Assembly: GCA_001949185.1 (NCBI GenBank)
Contig: BDGG01000006.1
Coordinates: 292,827-356,826, forward strand
Direction of reading: 5' to 3'
Origin: Ramazzottius varieornatus
Taxonomy: Eukaryota > Animalia > Tardigrada
Length of the DNA: 64,000 nt
Shown here: in pieces, positions 25,733 through 37,844 of the stretch
How positions within the stretch are numbered: position 1 is the first letter of the stretch
Layout: every line of letters begins with the position of its first letter
Position numbers and translations under genes: made by a program
Notes under the pieces: generated by a model
Databases searched by the model: none
What the model was told of the DNA's origin: nothing
Seen by the model: the letters and a program-made list of their open reading frames with translations, nothing else

Positions 25733-27766
25733 CTAGTCACTGCGTTCGTTGGTGATCTTCTCTACGGTTTCTTTAATGATTGGTACTACGTCCTTTACAC
25801 TGAGGCCTTTCAAGGTGGTCACCTTTTGAGGAGCCTTGAGCAACTCTGCGACGACTTGTGCTGTTTCAGATGGTATCAAAATACCAGCAGCATTCAACGC
25901 TTCGCTAAACTTAACTGGTGATGCCGTGGAGACGCAGACACGAGCCACGGCAGCTTGCGAAGTGGAAAAGGAGACCAAAGGATACTGATAATGGTAGTCG
26001 AGGGCCGTGGCGGTGTGCGGACAGACGTGGTATCCCTCTTCCCGCCAACAACGCTTCATAGTCCCTACGATATCGTCGTCCGTACTTCTGTGACATGCCA
26101 ACGCTTCCTTAACCTACAAGCATGTTTCGTCGATGAAGAACTTTCGAATTATTGTCATCTCGGTGATATTACAAATATTTTTATGTACTTTGGCGAAAAG
26201 GGTTGGCGGAAGTTGCACAATCTCAGCGCGCTCCACTCTTCGCATCATATCAGCTATTTTCCATTTGTCATTGTTGTCAGCCAAGATGTAAAGAATTCTT
26301 TCGATGTTGTAGGGCAGCTGTGGGAAGAGTCAAAAGGCAATAAGCTTAGGTGCAACATCATTATAGAGCGGGTTTAGCAACCTGGATATCCATGGCCGAA
26401 GCCAGAGTATGCTGGGCGACCCCTTCTGTCCGTAGCCTTCCTTTCTCGACCATGGTGCACAAGAAGTCATTGACGTTGGTGCAGGCAACCAGTCGAATAG
26501 CAAGTCCCATGGCTCTGGCAATAACGGCAGCTGGAAATTCAACCCATATCAAAATATATTGCAAGTCATCGGAACTTTGTTTTCTTATACCTGAAATGTT
26601 GCCTCCGCCGCCTGTTGGACAGACAATCACGACCACGCCCTGTTCCTCTGCCATTCCCACAAGTTTCAGCGCTTGAAAATAAGCGTAAAAGTGGTGGGCT
26701 ATCTGGATCATGATGCGGCACCAGTTGACAGAGTTGAGGATGGACAGGTTGTTCTTCCGAACGAAGCCTTTATCAGCGAATAAGTCCTTGATTATCTCGT
26801 CACCGTCATCGCTCGTACCCTCAACTATTAATACAAAGAAACCAGCAGGTCACTCTCCATACTCCTTCGTGGGAGGCCAGTGTTTATACTGAGCATATTT
26901 GACATACTTCCGAACAAATGCAGGTTGGCATGTCGTCCTGCGGCTGTCGTCATTTGCAACTCTTGGATCTGTGTAACCCTGCCGATGGGATACAGAACCG
27001 TCACGTCCATATTTGGGCTGCCAGCTGCGGCTACCATCGCCGCTGCTCCTGTATCGCCCGAGGTGGACACAATGATGTTCAGGTGGTGTCTTTCTCTAGC
27101 TAAAAAGTACTGCAGCAACTGTGCGCTGCAGGACATGGCCAAATCCTTGAAAGCCAAGGTTTGACCATGGAAGAGTTCCAAGACGATCGTTTTATCGTCG
27201 TGGGACAGTTGCTGTTTGAGGATAACCTCGGGTACTTGGAAGGTTCGCAAAGCCTTGTGGATCAAGCCTGCAGTGAAATCAATTTAAATTTTCCAGTAAA
27301 TTGGCAGTTTTCCGAATCAGTTTGATTATAGCTTAGGGAGCATTCATTAATGACGTCAGGTTTTGATATTAGGCGGCCTGACCATCCCCCCTCCCATGTC
27401 AGGCAATTCAAGCAATCAACTGGCTTTTATGACATTGCTGTCAGGTTTTGGGTACCCATCATCCCTCCCTGGGTACCTGACGTCATTAATGAATGCTCCC
27501 TTACTTGATAGGTGGTCGTGGGGTATTTCAGTGGGTGAAATGAAAAGCTGGGAGATGGCGACTACTAGGTCAGGATACGATAGCCTTGACCAACGTCCGA
27601 TGGTGTCCTTGTCGAGGGAGGGAAGTTGGGCAGGAAGAAACATGCCGCCGTCTGGTGCGAATCCCATGAGCAGGACATCCTCGAAAGAGAAGGGTCGTGG
27701 GTCGTTACCATCATGTGAAGCTCTGGTACTCCTGTACCACATTGAGTCTGAAGGCTGACTGTCCAT
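25733..27766 (-). CDS. THNSL2: Threonine synthase-like protein (PLP enzyme, THNSL2-type; multi-exon)
   Basis: YRSTR, GFAPDGGMFLP, LELFHGQTLAFKDLAM (PLP lysine), STSGDTG, NSVNW, CPTGGGGN, SAMDIQ|LPYNIER, CPHTA, STASPVKF. Confidence 0.9.
27336..27500. mobile_element. PIF/Harbinger (Tourist-like) MITE, 165 bp, in THNSL2 intron 1
   Basis: Perfect 25-bp TIR GGGAGCATTCATTAATGACGTCAGG and a 3-bp TTA TSD at 27333-27335 and 27501-27503. Confidence 0.85.
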
Positions 27767-28013
27767 TGTACACCGTCGATCAGGTTGGTACGACTTGCTT
27801 TATCTGCTAGTTACTTTCCAGGGCCTCCGTCCTCTCATTGCGCTCTCTACAGTGGACACCAGCCTTGAAGAAGCATCACTGCGGATGGGAGATTAACTGT
27901 CTGACGGCGGTGACTATGTGCGTCTCTGAACAATACGCTTATCGCCATTTGACACTTGTGATAGCAGAATTAAGATAAGACAAGTATGCTTGTCGTGTAT
28001 GCTCTCTCCGGTA

Positions 28014-28270
28014 CAGTCCTACCTGTGAGATGTGACAGTTCAAACGCCCGAAATCATTTCCGGACGGTTCATGTGTGCACGGATTAACTCGCCATACTGT
28101 TCGCAAGAGACCGATCAGCTGATCAGCACGCACTTGATTACTTGAGCAAGTCAAAAGATAACCGGACGTCGATCAGCTGATCGTGCTGCGCAGTGCATGG
28201 CCAGCAGTCTCGCGCAGAAACGCTGTTCGGTTGCAGATGAAGCAACTGTCACATCTCACAGGTAGGACTG
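28014..28270. mobile_element. Tc1/mariner-type MITE, 257 bp
   Basis: Perfect 27-bp TIR CAGTCCTACCTGTGAGATGTGACAGTT flanked by TA on both sides, with two internal GATCAGCTGATC palindromes. Confidence 0.85.
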
Positions 28271-28817
28271 TACCGAGCTGTCTAAAAAGTCGATCTCTCG
28301 CTGGCGATCCTGCTTTCCGGCTCGAAAGACCGCTGACGTCTGGTCAAGAAGGCTGAACATTTGTGGACATGAAGCAGCTTCGCTGAATTAAAGATACATT
28401 CGCAGGGCGGCACCCTGCAGGGTACTGTTGCCGCCGAGGGAGGCTGAAAGGGAAGAAAACGGGAACTGGGATGATGGCAGCGCGTATTCCAAGTTCCCAA
28501 CCATTGAATTACTCCCTGTGACTCAGAATGCAATGCTATAGCCTTTTCTCCTTCTTTTGTGACCTACTTTCGCTTCTGCTCAGTCACATTCCAGTCACAA
28601 GCTTATCTCCACTAATGTTGTACTTTGCCCTTCACTGGGCAAAGTTCAGCAGAGGGGTTCAAACTCAAACTTACGACCAAAACCAGCTCCGCAACGACAG
28701 CTCGTGCCCAAAAATCCCATGTTAGACCACCTGAAGTGCTTTGACATGGGATAACATGAGGTATCAAGTCGTATGCAAGGTTGTATTAGTAAGCTCTGCG
28801 AGCATTACGTAATAGCC

Positions 28818-29670
28818 TCACACTGTATCGACGGCAACAACATATGTTTCGGACTTAAAGAGCTCTTTGTTAAACTGTGCGTAGGGCTCATTCAGATGCA
28901 TGTAGTACCCTGCAACGTCTGTCGATATTATTCCTTCGAAATTAACGCGCAAATCAGCAAAACTTGGACGATCAGCGTATTTCTATTCCAGCACTTCTCC
29001 ATTGCGACAAACCTAGACGAAATATAGCATCGATTTTTCCCGCCCGAAGTCCTTCCAACCGTTTTAACTTCGAGACCCAGGACTTACACGTTCTCTGGAC
29101 AGAACTGCGGTTTATCCAGGCGATTACCGGCCAACAACCATTGGCTAAACTGTCCGACCCTTCCAGCAACGGCAACGTTGGGGTATGGTATCTGTCCTAG
29201 AGAGAGCATTTCCCACAACAAGACACCGTAAAACCATACATCGCTCGTTTGGTCGAATATCATGGATGCAATCGTTTCGGGTGACATCCATCTTATCGGC
29301 AAATTCTAAAATAGATAGCTTGTAGATTCCGATGTGGTTAATGGAAAAACCCCTGATGCACTACATTGCAAGAAATGCAGCCCTTCCCGTCGCCAAGTGG
29401 TACGTCACGTGATCACTGGAAGGGATGCATTTCCGACTTTTGTAGTGCAGCATTGTTGTCACTCACCACAGAGGTTGCCGACGTCATCATATAAGCTGTT
29501 TCAGACCAGCGCGCCATACCGAAGTCTGATACTTTGGCCACTTTCTTCTTCGTTAGCAGGATATTTCGGGAGGCAATATCCCTGTGAACAATGTTCTTTG
29601 CGCTGAGGTGCTCCAATCCGCGGCTAACTTGGTATGCAAAGCTGACGAGATCAGATGTTGACAGACTGAA
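28818..29670 (-). pseudogene. Receptor tyrosine kinase C-lobe fragment (PVR/FGFR-like), pseudogene
   Basis: [36 protein letters not shown]...DFGMAR and LPIRWMSPE...SDVW. A frameshift lies between KCWN and ADRPSF (~28980). The tail reads YYMHLNEPYAQFN. No GxGxxG N-lobe is present. Confidence 0.8.
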
Positions 29671-29673
29671 CGA

Positions 29674-32162
29674 TTATTCTCGCATCGTCGTCGCCCAAGA
29701 CCTTTTCCCCACAGGGCGCATCGCCATACTGAATGTTTTCACTGCCATTTGTCTTGGTGCTGCAATCTTCAAGGAATTCGCTGATAACCGTGTCGAATCT
29801 TTCCCGTGGACGTCTCTGGGTCTGAGTGTCATCGTCTGCTTGATTTCGGCGGTAGTAGCTGCCCGCGTTCGGTCCGACATACTTGAGATGGACGGAGCTT
29901 CCTCTGCCGTTGGTTCTAGATCATCGAGATCAAACTCATTATAGACAGAAATCAGAAATACTTGAAAATCCCGCTTCTCATCATCGGTGGACAACTCGTA
30001 CTCATCTACCAACTTGGCCAGTTCCTTATTGAAAGACTCAATCAACATGGTAGCTAGAGCCTGCTTGTCTACATCCTTCCATTTCTGAGGAAGGAGCTCA
30101 GAGCCGCAGACTACATCATATCGGTCCCGGTTGTGCTGAAGAAAAACTGGTAGTGGTCGATGAGTTGTTTGGTGGCATTTTGACAGGATGAGGGACTGGC
30201 TGACTTTGCCGAGTGACTCGAGACCAGCTGGGAGATGTCGTTGGGGCCGGCTACCAGAACCAAGACCTTCGTACCTACGCCTCGGGAGCGAAGACCGATC
30301 TTTCCAGCACGTCGGCAATGGGTTTGCCGCCCTAAGCGGTGATGTAAACTGTCTATCCGCAGATCTCCGAGAGCTTCGGCTCCAACGGACATCCGACCGA
30401 ATCGGCGCAGATGAGAATCTTGGCGTCGTATACGTAGGGCCCATAATCAGTAGTAGGTCCTTCAATCTGCCACAAAACAAGACATTTCATGACGTTAATT
30501 TCGTGAAGGTGCGAACACTAAGTCCACTTACCGCTCGTGCTTCCTGGGCCTGTTGCTCGCCTTCCACCGTGAGGTACTCTCCGGTTAGCAGGTCGAGCTA
30601 TGCTGCGTCGTCGGTTGCAGGGTCGTTAACTGTATGGAGGGCCATGGCAGCAGCGTGGGCCACGGCTTGCAGATTGTTGTCTTCGATGCGGACTTCGGAG
30701 TTGGCCTTGCAGCCGCGCGTCGGAATGAAGAAGGCTTTACGCTTTTCCACAAACACACAAGGGAGCGTACAGTCGTAGGGGTAGATCCGCTGGTTCTTGA
30801 CGAAAGGTCCCAAGCTTTGCACCATATAAAATGCCTCTTTGTCGGTGTGGTTGTCCCTGCCACCCGTTTCCTTGGCCTTGGAGCCTTTCAGCTTGGAGTC
30901 ACGGTCAGTGGGGATCTTGAAGAGATACGGCCACTCCGGGACGAGATCTTTCGGCAGACCGCCAGGCGGCCAGACATTGTTGGGGTTTCTGGCATCAGGC
31001 TTCGGATCGGGATACATGGCCACTAGCACACTACCCTTCTCCCTCGCAGGACCCAACTGTAAACAGACAAATGCATGGTTTCAAGTCACCACTTGGATTA
31101 AGCGGTTAGACGGCCTGTTACACATACCAAGTCGGCCAAGACTCGCGACTGCTGCCGATATACAGGGACACGAGTGGCTTCCTGTCGGTACCATTCTTCC
31201 AACCGCGCATTACACCTGAAGGCTTTCTTCAAGTCGCGCCGTAGCTTATGCATCTCGGCAGCTGCAACGGGTCGAGGCTCTTCGATGGGGGCTTGGACGC
31301 AGGTCTCCACTTAAGCTTTCTTCGGAGCGAGCTCTTGAATGACGGTCTTGTGCTGAATGGGCCTTGACTCGACGCTCTCGACTTCAAACATCTACAGAAG
31401 CAAGACACCATTACCCTAGCTCTTCACTGCGTAGTTACAATCGCTCAATCAAAGTGCACTGTAACTATGTCACTCGTCACCACGTCATCACCAGTGGGCA
31501 CAGCGGTCGGGAGTACAGGTTCGGACGAGGGTTTGTGGCGGCTTCGTAGAGTCATCTGGAAACGGAACAACAATTAGTACGTGAGACGCACTCTCTTTCT
31601 ACAGAATGTACCAAAATTCACGTATACCAGATGCGAGGGTCTTGGCCGCACTCTCAGAGGGTGACACATGTGACGAAGACGCAGACTTTGCTGCCTTGGC
31701 CTGCAACAACAACCTACTGATGCAAACGCTCCAATATGAACACGACTGGATAAATGATAAAGACGGAATACAACACCGTGGAATTATTCTTTGCCTTTTA
31801 AAATGGATATACACATTTAAACCGATTTTGACGATCAGTTTGACACTGTCCATATGGAATCGGTGCGTTCCACATACCTGCAGGACTCTAATTGGTGTTG
31901 GACCAGCCGGTGTTCTCTTCACATTTGGCTGAGGGGCTATGCGACTCGAGGAACTTTTGCGCGCACCATCTCTGATATCAACAAAACACAAGCACCATGC
32001 AAACCGGTAATGTGAAAGCTTCCCCCTTAAAAACACGTGAATGGACCTTACCGACGACGGGGGCTGTGATGCAGCTACTTTACCGGCAGACCTGGCTAAG
32101 GTGGCTCTCCGCTGATCCCGGCCCATCTGCGATTGGCCTTTCGATCCATCCACCTTAGCCAT
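29674..32162 (-). pseudogene. Decayed intron-containing gene with an SGNH/GDSL-hydrolase-like domain
   Basis: Motifs in the SGNH order: KILICADS, GG, VLVLVAGPNDI, VVCGSELLP, IESFNKEL, DDLEP. In-frame stops (e.g. 30598-30600) and frameshifts. GT-AG introns (e.g. ~30467-30531). Confidence 0.5.
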
Positions 32163-32529
32163 ACCTTTACTAGTCCATGGGGGAGATATTGCTCCGGAAG
32201 AAGCTTCTCCGCCGCGTTACTGTGATTTCAGTAATTTCCTTCAGTAATCTCCTAAAATCACTGTCTTCAGTAATTTCCAGTGGTGGCACAGAAAAAAGCA
32301 TTCCTTTTTGGGAGACAAATATTCAAAGTATCACATTGGCTTGGGAAGCCGAGTCGAACCGTTATGGCCTTGTAATGTGGAAATTAGCCCATCCTGACCA
32401 CCCAGAACCGCCAGACAGTGGAAATTCCGACTGCTAACTTAGCAGTTAGTTCTTTTTAGCAGTGCTAAAAAGAATTAAAATTGTTCACAAAATTAAACAG
32501 AATCACGTTCACAAAAGTGATGGGACATA

Positions 32530-33239
32530 TAGCCTGAGGGGTCCAAGTGGCTACCACCTATATAATTAGGGCGATCTTGACCGGGTTGTTGCCGGACTTC
32601 AAAACTAATTTTGCTTGGTTCAGCGTCCTCTTTGCTACCTCTTAGAAATTTACAGGCCAGGAATCCGATCAGAGGACATCAAAATCGACAGAGAACTAGT
32701 AAAATCCATCAACTTTTGCAGTTTTCAGGGCCGTCTTCCAAAATTGAGGTCTTGCGGTAAGTTTTTTTGATATAACGAGAACAGCAACAGGCTACAGCAG
32801 GAGTGTTCGACACTATGGATTTACCGCTCAAGACAAGAGCTATGATTTTTACCGCAAAAGCAGTTTTCCCGGCAAACTGGTTAAGTTCGACAGTGTTAAT
32901 TCATTTGTCAATTCAGCCTGATGTTTCTGTGATATTTTTTTATTTCTGATGACAGTCTGGAAAGCTCTACATACGCTGAGATCGAACTAGAGTTTGGTTT
33001 TGGAACGGAGAATTTTAGAAATGACATTTCGGTGAGGAAGAGAGGACTTCCCCACCGGTAGTCACACTGGCCAGCTTTTCCAAACATATTTCTCAGCCGA
33101 TGTGAATGTGTTACATCTCATTGGAAACTGCTTGAAAAGCTGTATGAAAAGTGTGAAAGAGGGGGCGAAAAAGACATAAAAGGGATTTTTTAAAGCGCTG
33201 CATACAAGAGGTAGTCATGCACATGGCCCCCTCAGGCTG
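32530..33239. mobile_element. Degenerate TA-flanked TIR element (~710 bp, Tc1/mariner-like, non-coding)
   Basis: TA|tagcctgaggggtccaagtg at the left end versus the reverse complement of the right end, TA|cagcctgagggggccatgtg. The interior is AT-rich with no listed ORF. Confidence 0.6.
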
Positions 33240-34236
33240 TACAGTATAACGGCTTCATTACCGGTAATCCGCTTCGGTGGACGACACCAACGGCGCGGCT
33301 CCGCGCTGCGTTGGACATCAGTGGTTCCCATCTTGTTAAACTTCAAGATGATCGGAATGAAGATCCAACTTTTATGTGTATGATGGCTCTTGAGATCGTG
33401 CTTGTGACGTCAAACGACACAGTGGCTGCTGTATCGGACCTTTTCGATGTGAGCTTCGTTCAGGTCTTTCTCACATTAGGCCGTTAACGTTGATTTCGGG
33501 CGATATATTCAACTTCAAATAATATACTGTAACATACAGTATTTTGATCGTTTGTCGGATGTATAGCGAATGACATCTTTATACCACCGGGATCGTACTC
33601 TTACCACAGACCGCTACGTTAGGTTGGAGGTACTGGACATCGAAATCTGTAGCCATGTTCTGAATATCTAACGATGGTCTTTCGAGGCCCCAACAGATGT
33701 CCAGTTTTCTCCATCATCATCTTGTTCGTAGCATCCAACGCGTTTTCTATGGAGACAGAGCACAGCGGCTCGTTTGATTAAATCCGTGCGGGTGCCGAGA
33801 GGCAGCTAGAAGAAGCCACCATCTGTGCTACAGTACTGCCTCACAACGACGTGCGGACAGGTTGGACAGAGTCGGTATGAATCGAGCGGATAGCCATCAA
33901 GAAAGAAAACCTCTAGAAGTAGCTAACGATGGACCACTGCATGAGCCGGGAACCGCTAATCGAGACAGATCAGCCACAGCGACTTCCCTCGGAGGGATTC
34001 TACATATGCCTCTGGTCTGGTGAACTTGGTGAGGAAGAGTTAGACCCAGCGGAAGGTGAAGTTTCCCCAGCGGAAAAGCATCAGCTAACTAGCAGCTCGG
34101 AAGATTTGACGAAAGAGGAAGCACCGCCCGCATGGCGCCGCGTAACGCCCATATCTCCGCTCCGTCTGTAGGTATTCATTAGTATTTGCACTAATGTGCT
34201 CTAGGATAGAATAATTTCCTAAACACTTTCCAAGGT

Positions 34237-35706
34237 CTACTTGTGCAAGATGAAAGGTGAACAAAGGTAAATGATCATAGGAAAAAGACCAAGCAGCACT
34301 TCTGCTTTTGCGGCTTTACCGGAAGCGGGACTGGTAGATTCATCAAAAATCGTCGTGCCTACCGAGGTGCTGACGTCGTTCTCAAGTTCGGAGAATAAAT
34401 TTGGGTAATCGGTGATAAGACCATCAACGCCCAACTCAATCAGCTGGCGCATTTCAGCCACATCATTGACGGTCCATGGGATGATCTTGATGCCCAAGCC
34501 GTGGCAGGTCTCCACCATTACCCGCGTCACTAAAACTCGATGTGGACTATGTATCGTTGGTGCGAAACCTAGATCTTTCAGTTGCTGCTGAAATGTCCTC
34601 TCGTCATCATTGTCGATCAGCATCGCAGTCTTCATCGTCGGGTATTTCTCGTGTAAATACTGCAGGGTCCGAAAGTCAAATGACTGGATGATCACACGAT
34701 CTTCCACCTCTAAATAACATCAGCACAGAAATCTCAATAACAGAAATTGTAGAACAAACAAGTACAGTACAGTACAGGGTTCTACCTGCACGCTGGATGA
34801 CACTCATAAGGGTGTCGACGAAAACTGATGGAATAGGATGGTCGGCATCATCCGTTTTCACATTTGTTTTTGTCTCGATATTGTAAAATGGCTGTGACAC
34901 ATTGTGCAGTTGGCAGTAACTCTTCACCGAAGTGAAGACATGGCGTAATAAAGGTTTGACAGCGGGAAGCTTTTGTTGTCGTTGAAAGCGGGGATGGAAC
35001 TTGAGTCCGACATCGTAGTGAATGACTTGCGAGTAATTCATACGGTAAATGTTGTAGTCATGTTCGTCTTCTATCACAGTTTGGTTGATGAATGTGCCGT
35101 CGGGTTTGGTGGTAATGTCTTGACTGAAGAAGGGTTCGTGGGAGAGAATGACTTGTCCGTCATTGGTGATGACTGTGTCCATCTCCAGTGTGTCCACGCC
35201 CAACTCCAGGGCTTTCAACATGGCGATAACGGTGTTCTCTGGCATTAGTCCACGACAGCCCCTATGACCTTGCTTGTCGATCGCGAGCTCATTTATATTC
35301 AAACGCCGAACGGTCTTCGGCGTGTTTATCGGACAACTGCAATCAGGAAAGTTTCAGTTCATTGCACTTCTGAGGCGTACCTTATGTTGCATAATCAGGA
35401 CGACACAATTTTTCTAAGTACCCAAACAAACAGAACTGTTATCGGCCACGTAAGTCATTCGATTTTAGATGCAGTTTTCAGTTCATGCCGCATCATCCCC
35501 ATCTTGCTGCGTCCTTCATCGACCCACAAGCCGAAGTATCCACATAGGAATAAGTTATTTTTGAGAGGCACTCACTTTGAAAATCCAGAACTCTCCGTAA
35601 GCGAATCACGAACCGGCGCAACAACGGCAGCTCGCGTGATGAAAATGACATCCGTAAAGCACAGTAGCAGGAATAGGCCGACGAACCACTTAACAGGAAC
35701 AGCCAT
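34237..35706 (-). CDS. Glycerophosphodiester phosphodiesterase, bacterial (Bacteroidetes-like) type, with signal peptide and GPI-like tail (exons 35706-35576, 35336-34786, 34709-34237)
   Basis: DKQGHRGCRGLMPENT, LEMD, LSHEPFF, YNIETK, IIQSFDFRTL, IPWTVND, GVDGLITDYP. Exon 1 MAVPVKWFVGLFLLLCF ends aa|GTGAGT and joins in phase 2 to gcag|t. Confidence 0.88.
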
Positions 35707-36401
35707 GCTATCAGCGAAACCACTGGGAGCTGCCGGAAAGTTTAATTTTCCTGTCGATCCCCAACGCTGCCCATTGCCAAGGCCGAAGTGCCAGTTGGCC
35801 TTGCAGACGAGCAGGCACGAGCTGTATTACACCATGCATGTGTATTTATAAACATCCCATTTTTATTCATTGAGTTATCTTTAGCAGGCTTTTGGTGCTT
35901 GTACTTAATCTGAAGATGATAAGAGTGCCGCCGGTAATTGATATCTTCGTACAGTACGTGGTTTGCTGTTCCTGCCAAGAAACTAACACGCCGGCAGTGC
36001 TCAACAGGGTCTGAAGGTCGAGGCTTCCACGTGCCGTCATTGCCCACACATTCTTGTCACTGTTTATCACACAAAAAAGGAAGCTCATCGTTCATTTAAA
36101 AAGGTCGATCGTCTTGGAGTAGACACATAGCTTCCAAAAAATGAACTGGTGAACAATTTACATAAATTCAATGGAGACCACTGAGCGTGGCGCCACCTGC
36201 ATGGAAGACTACGCAGTAAGCGCATGCGGCACTCTGCATCTAGTCGCAAACGCTTTACGCTGGCATCAAACTGGTATTACAGACGAGTCGTTTCAGCTTC
36301 ACAAAAATCCAGTCTATGTTTTTACTGCGATTTTCGAGGCAACAAATAGTCAAGGGTGTAGAAATTCAAGATCTGGACTTAGTTTGCGGAAGTAGCTTGC
36401 A

Positions 36402-37844
36402 ATGCCCGATACGTCTATTGAGGACACAACGATGAGATGGAGCTGCGACAGGGAAGCAGTAGTTGAGACACCAAAGTCATCCGTGGACAAAGGGACGGGA
36501 CCGCTGTCTGGCTTTGAAGACATGCCAGAGATGCTTCTGCAAGACCTGCTCTTACACCTGGATTCACTTGAACGACCCGCAGTCCGACGGTAAGAACCTC
36601 CGGGCCCTATAACATGCCTATAATTGATAAATGAGCATAAATGTCGATCGATGATCCCATGGACTGTGCGTTGTGCGAAGGAATGGCGCACATGTATAGA
36701 AGTTGTACCAAACACCTCGAAAGGAAGATGATAAGCTGGTTAGCACAACGGTTACGGTTATACCAATGTTTTTTCTGTCATGTTCCCTAGGGTGTGCAGA
36801 CAATGGAACTCTGTGCTGAGCAGGCCCACTGCATATCGCGCTATGGCATGCTATATTCCTGTTGAAGCCGACCTGACTTTGATGAAATCGTCGAAAAAAG
36901 GAAGAAAGCGTACACTTGGAGACGTTGCCCCTGATCACTCCGTTGTTCTAATCAACGGGAGATCTGCCAGCCAGTACAAGCGAGTGTTAACAAGCATAGC
37001 CCGGAAGGGCAAACCCTACGTTCGGTCCCTGTTGTTCTACGGCAACTTTCTTCCGCAAAGTGAAACCAAAGGGGAGCTGTGGGGCAATCAGAACTGCTCC
37101 TTTGACGGCTGCAAGATACGGGCACAGCTGCTGAAAGTATTCAGCTACGCCTCGGACGAATATTGTCCTCTTGGACGAATTTCCTTTGTCAACTGTAGTC
37201 TCTTCATTGGAGAACTCGCTGGACGGTGGAAAACATTCGAACGGATAAAGCCGACGATTATCCTGCAGAACGTTGCGCTAAGGGAAGTTGTACGATTCTT
37301 CGCTTTCTACCAAAGCTTCAACCATTTCGCCGAGATTCCTATTGTGGTTTCGGGTAGAGAAATGCTGGACGTTGCCGCGTTCCTTCAGAATCAAAATGCG
37401 ATCGAAGACGGTTTCAGACAGAGCGTTGATGCCGACTACTTCGACCCGGAAGTGCATCGCGACATCAGCGAGACCGTCTTGCATAACGACAAGAACGCTT
37501 GCATGCTTTTCTGGCCGTTGTTGGAGAAATACGTGCCCAAACCAGACGTGGAGAAGATTGTAGAATGGAGGACTACGTTAACGGGGAAACGAATATCACG
37601 ACGAGTATCTGTGGCGTTTCGAGACTACCTCAAACTGTACGGAGGCCCATCACTGTTTCCCAAAACATGTGACGATATTCTGAAAGCTGAATGATGTCGC
37701 TGTTGCAGGTTTGACCCGACGAACTACAAGGAGCAAGATAAACTAGTCATGGAGAAAGTTGATTTTACCCAAGTCAAACCGCTAGTCTGGCTAATGATGG
37801 AAGCTTTGATCAACTCCCCACTTCGTCGCCTCACTGAAACCTGA
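36402..37844 (+). CDS. F-box protein with an unrecognised C-terminal domain (exons ~36402-36589, 36791-37636, 37709-37844)
   Basis: Spliced F-box motif FEDMPEMLLQDLLLHLDSLERPAVRR|VCRQWNSVL. The third exon is inferred from compatible splice phases. Confidence 0.7.

Noticed and set aside
29735-29760. RQMAVKTF as the VAVK motif of the RTK fragment
   Set aside because: There is no preceding GxGxxG and the spacing to the HRD motif is far too short, so it is probably coincidental.
33578-33625. FIPPGSYSYHRPL resembling the pogo/DDE_1 xPPxxTxxxQPLD motif
   Set aside because: It is an isolated short match flanked by stops, with no other supporting motif.
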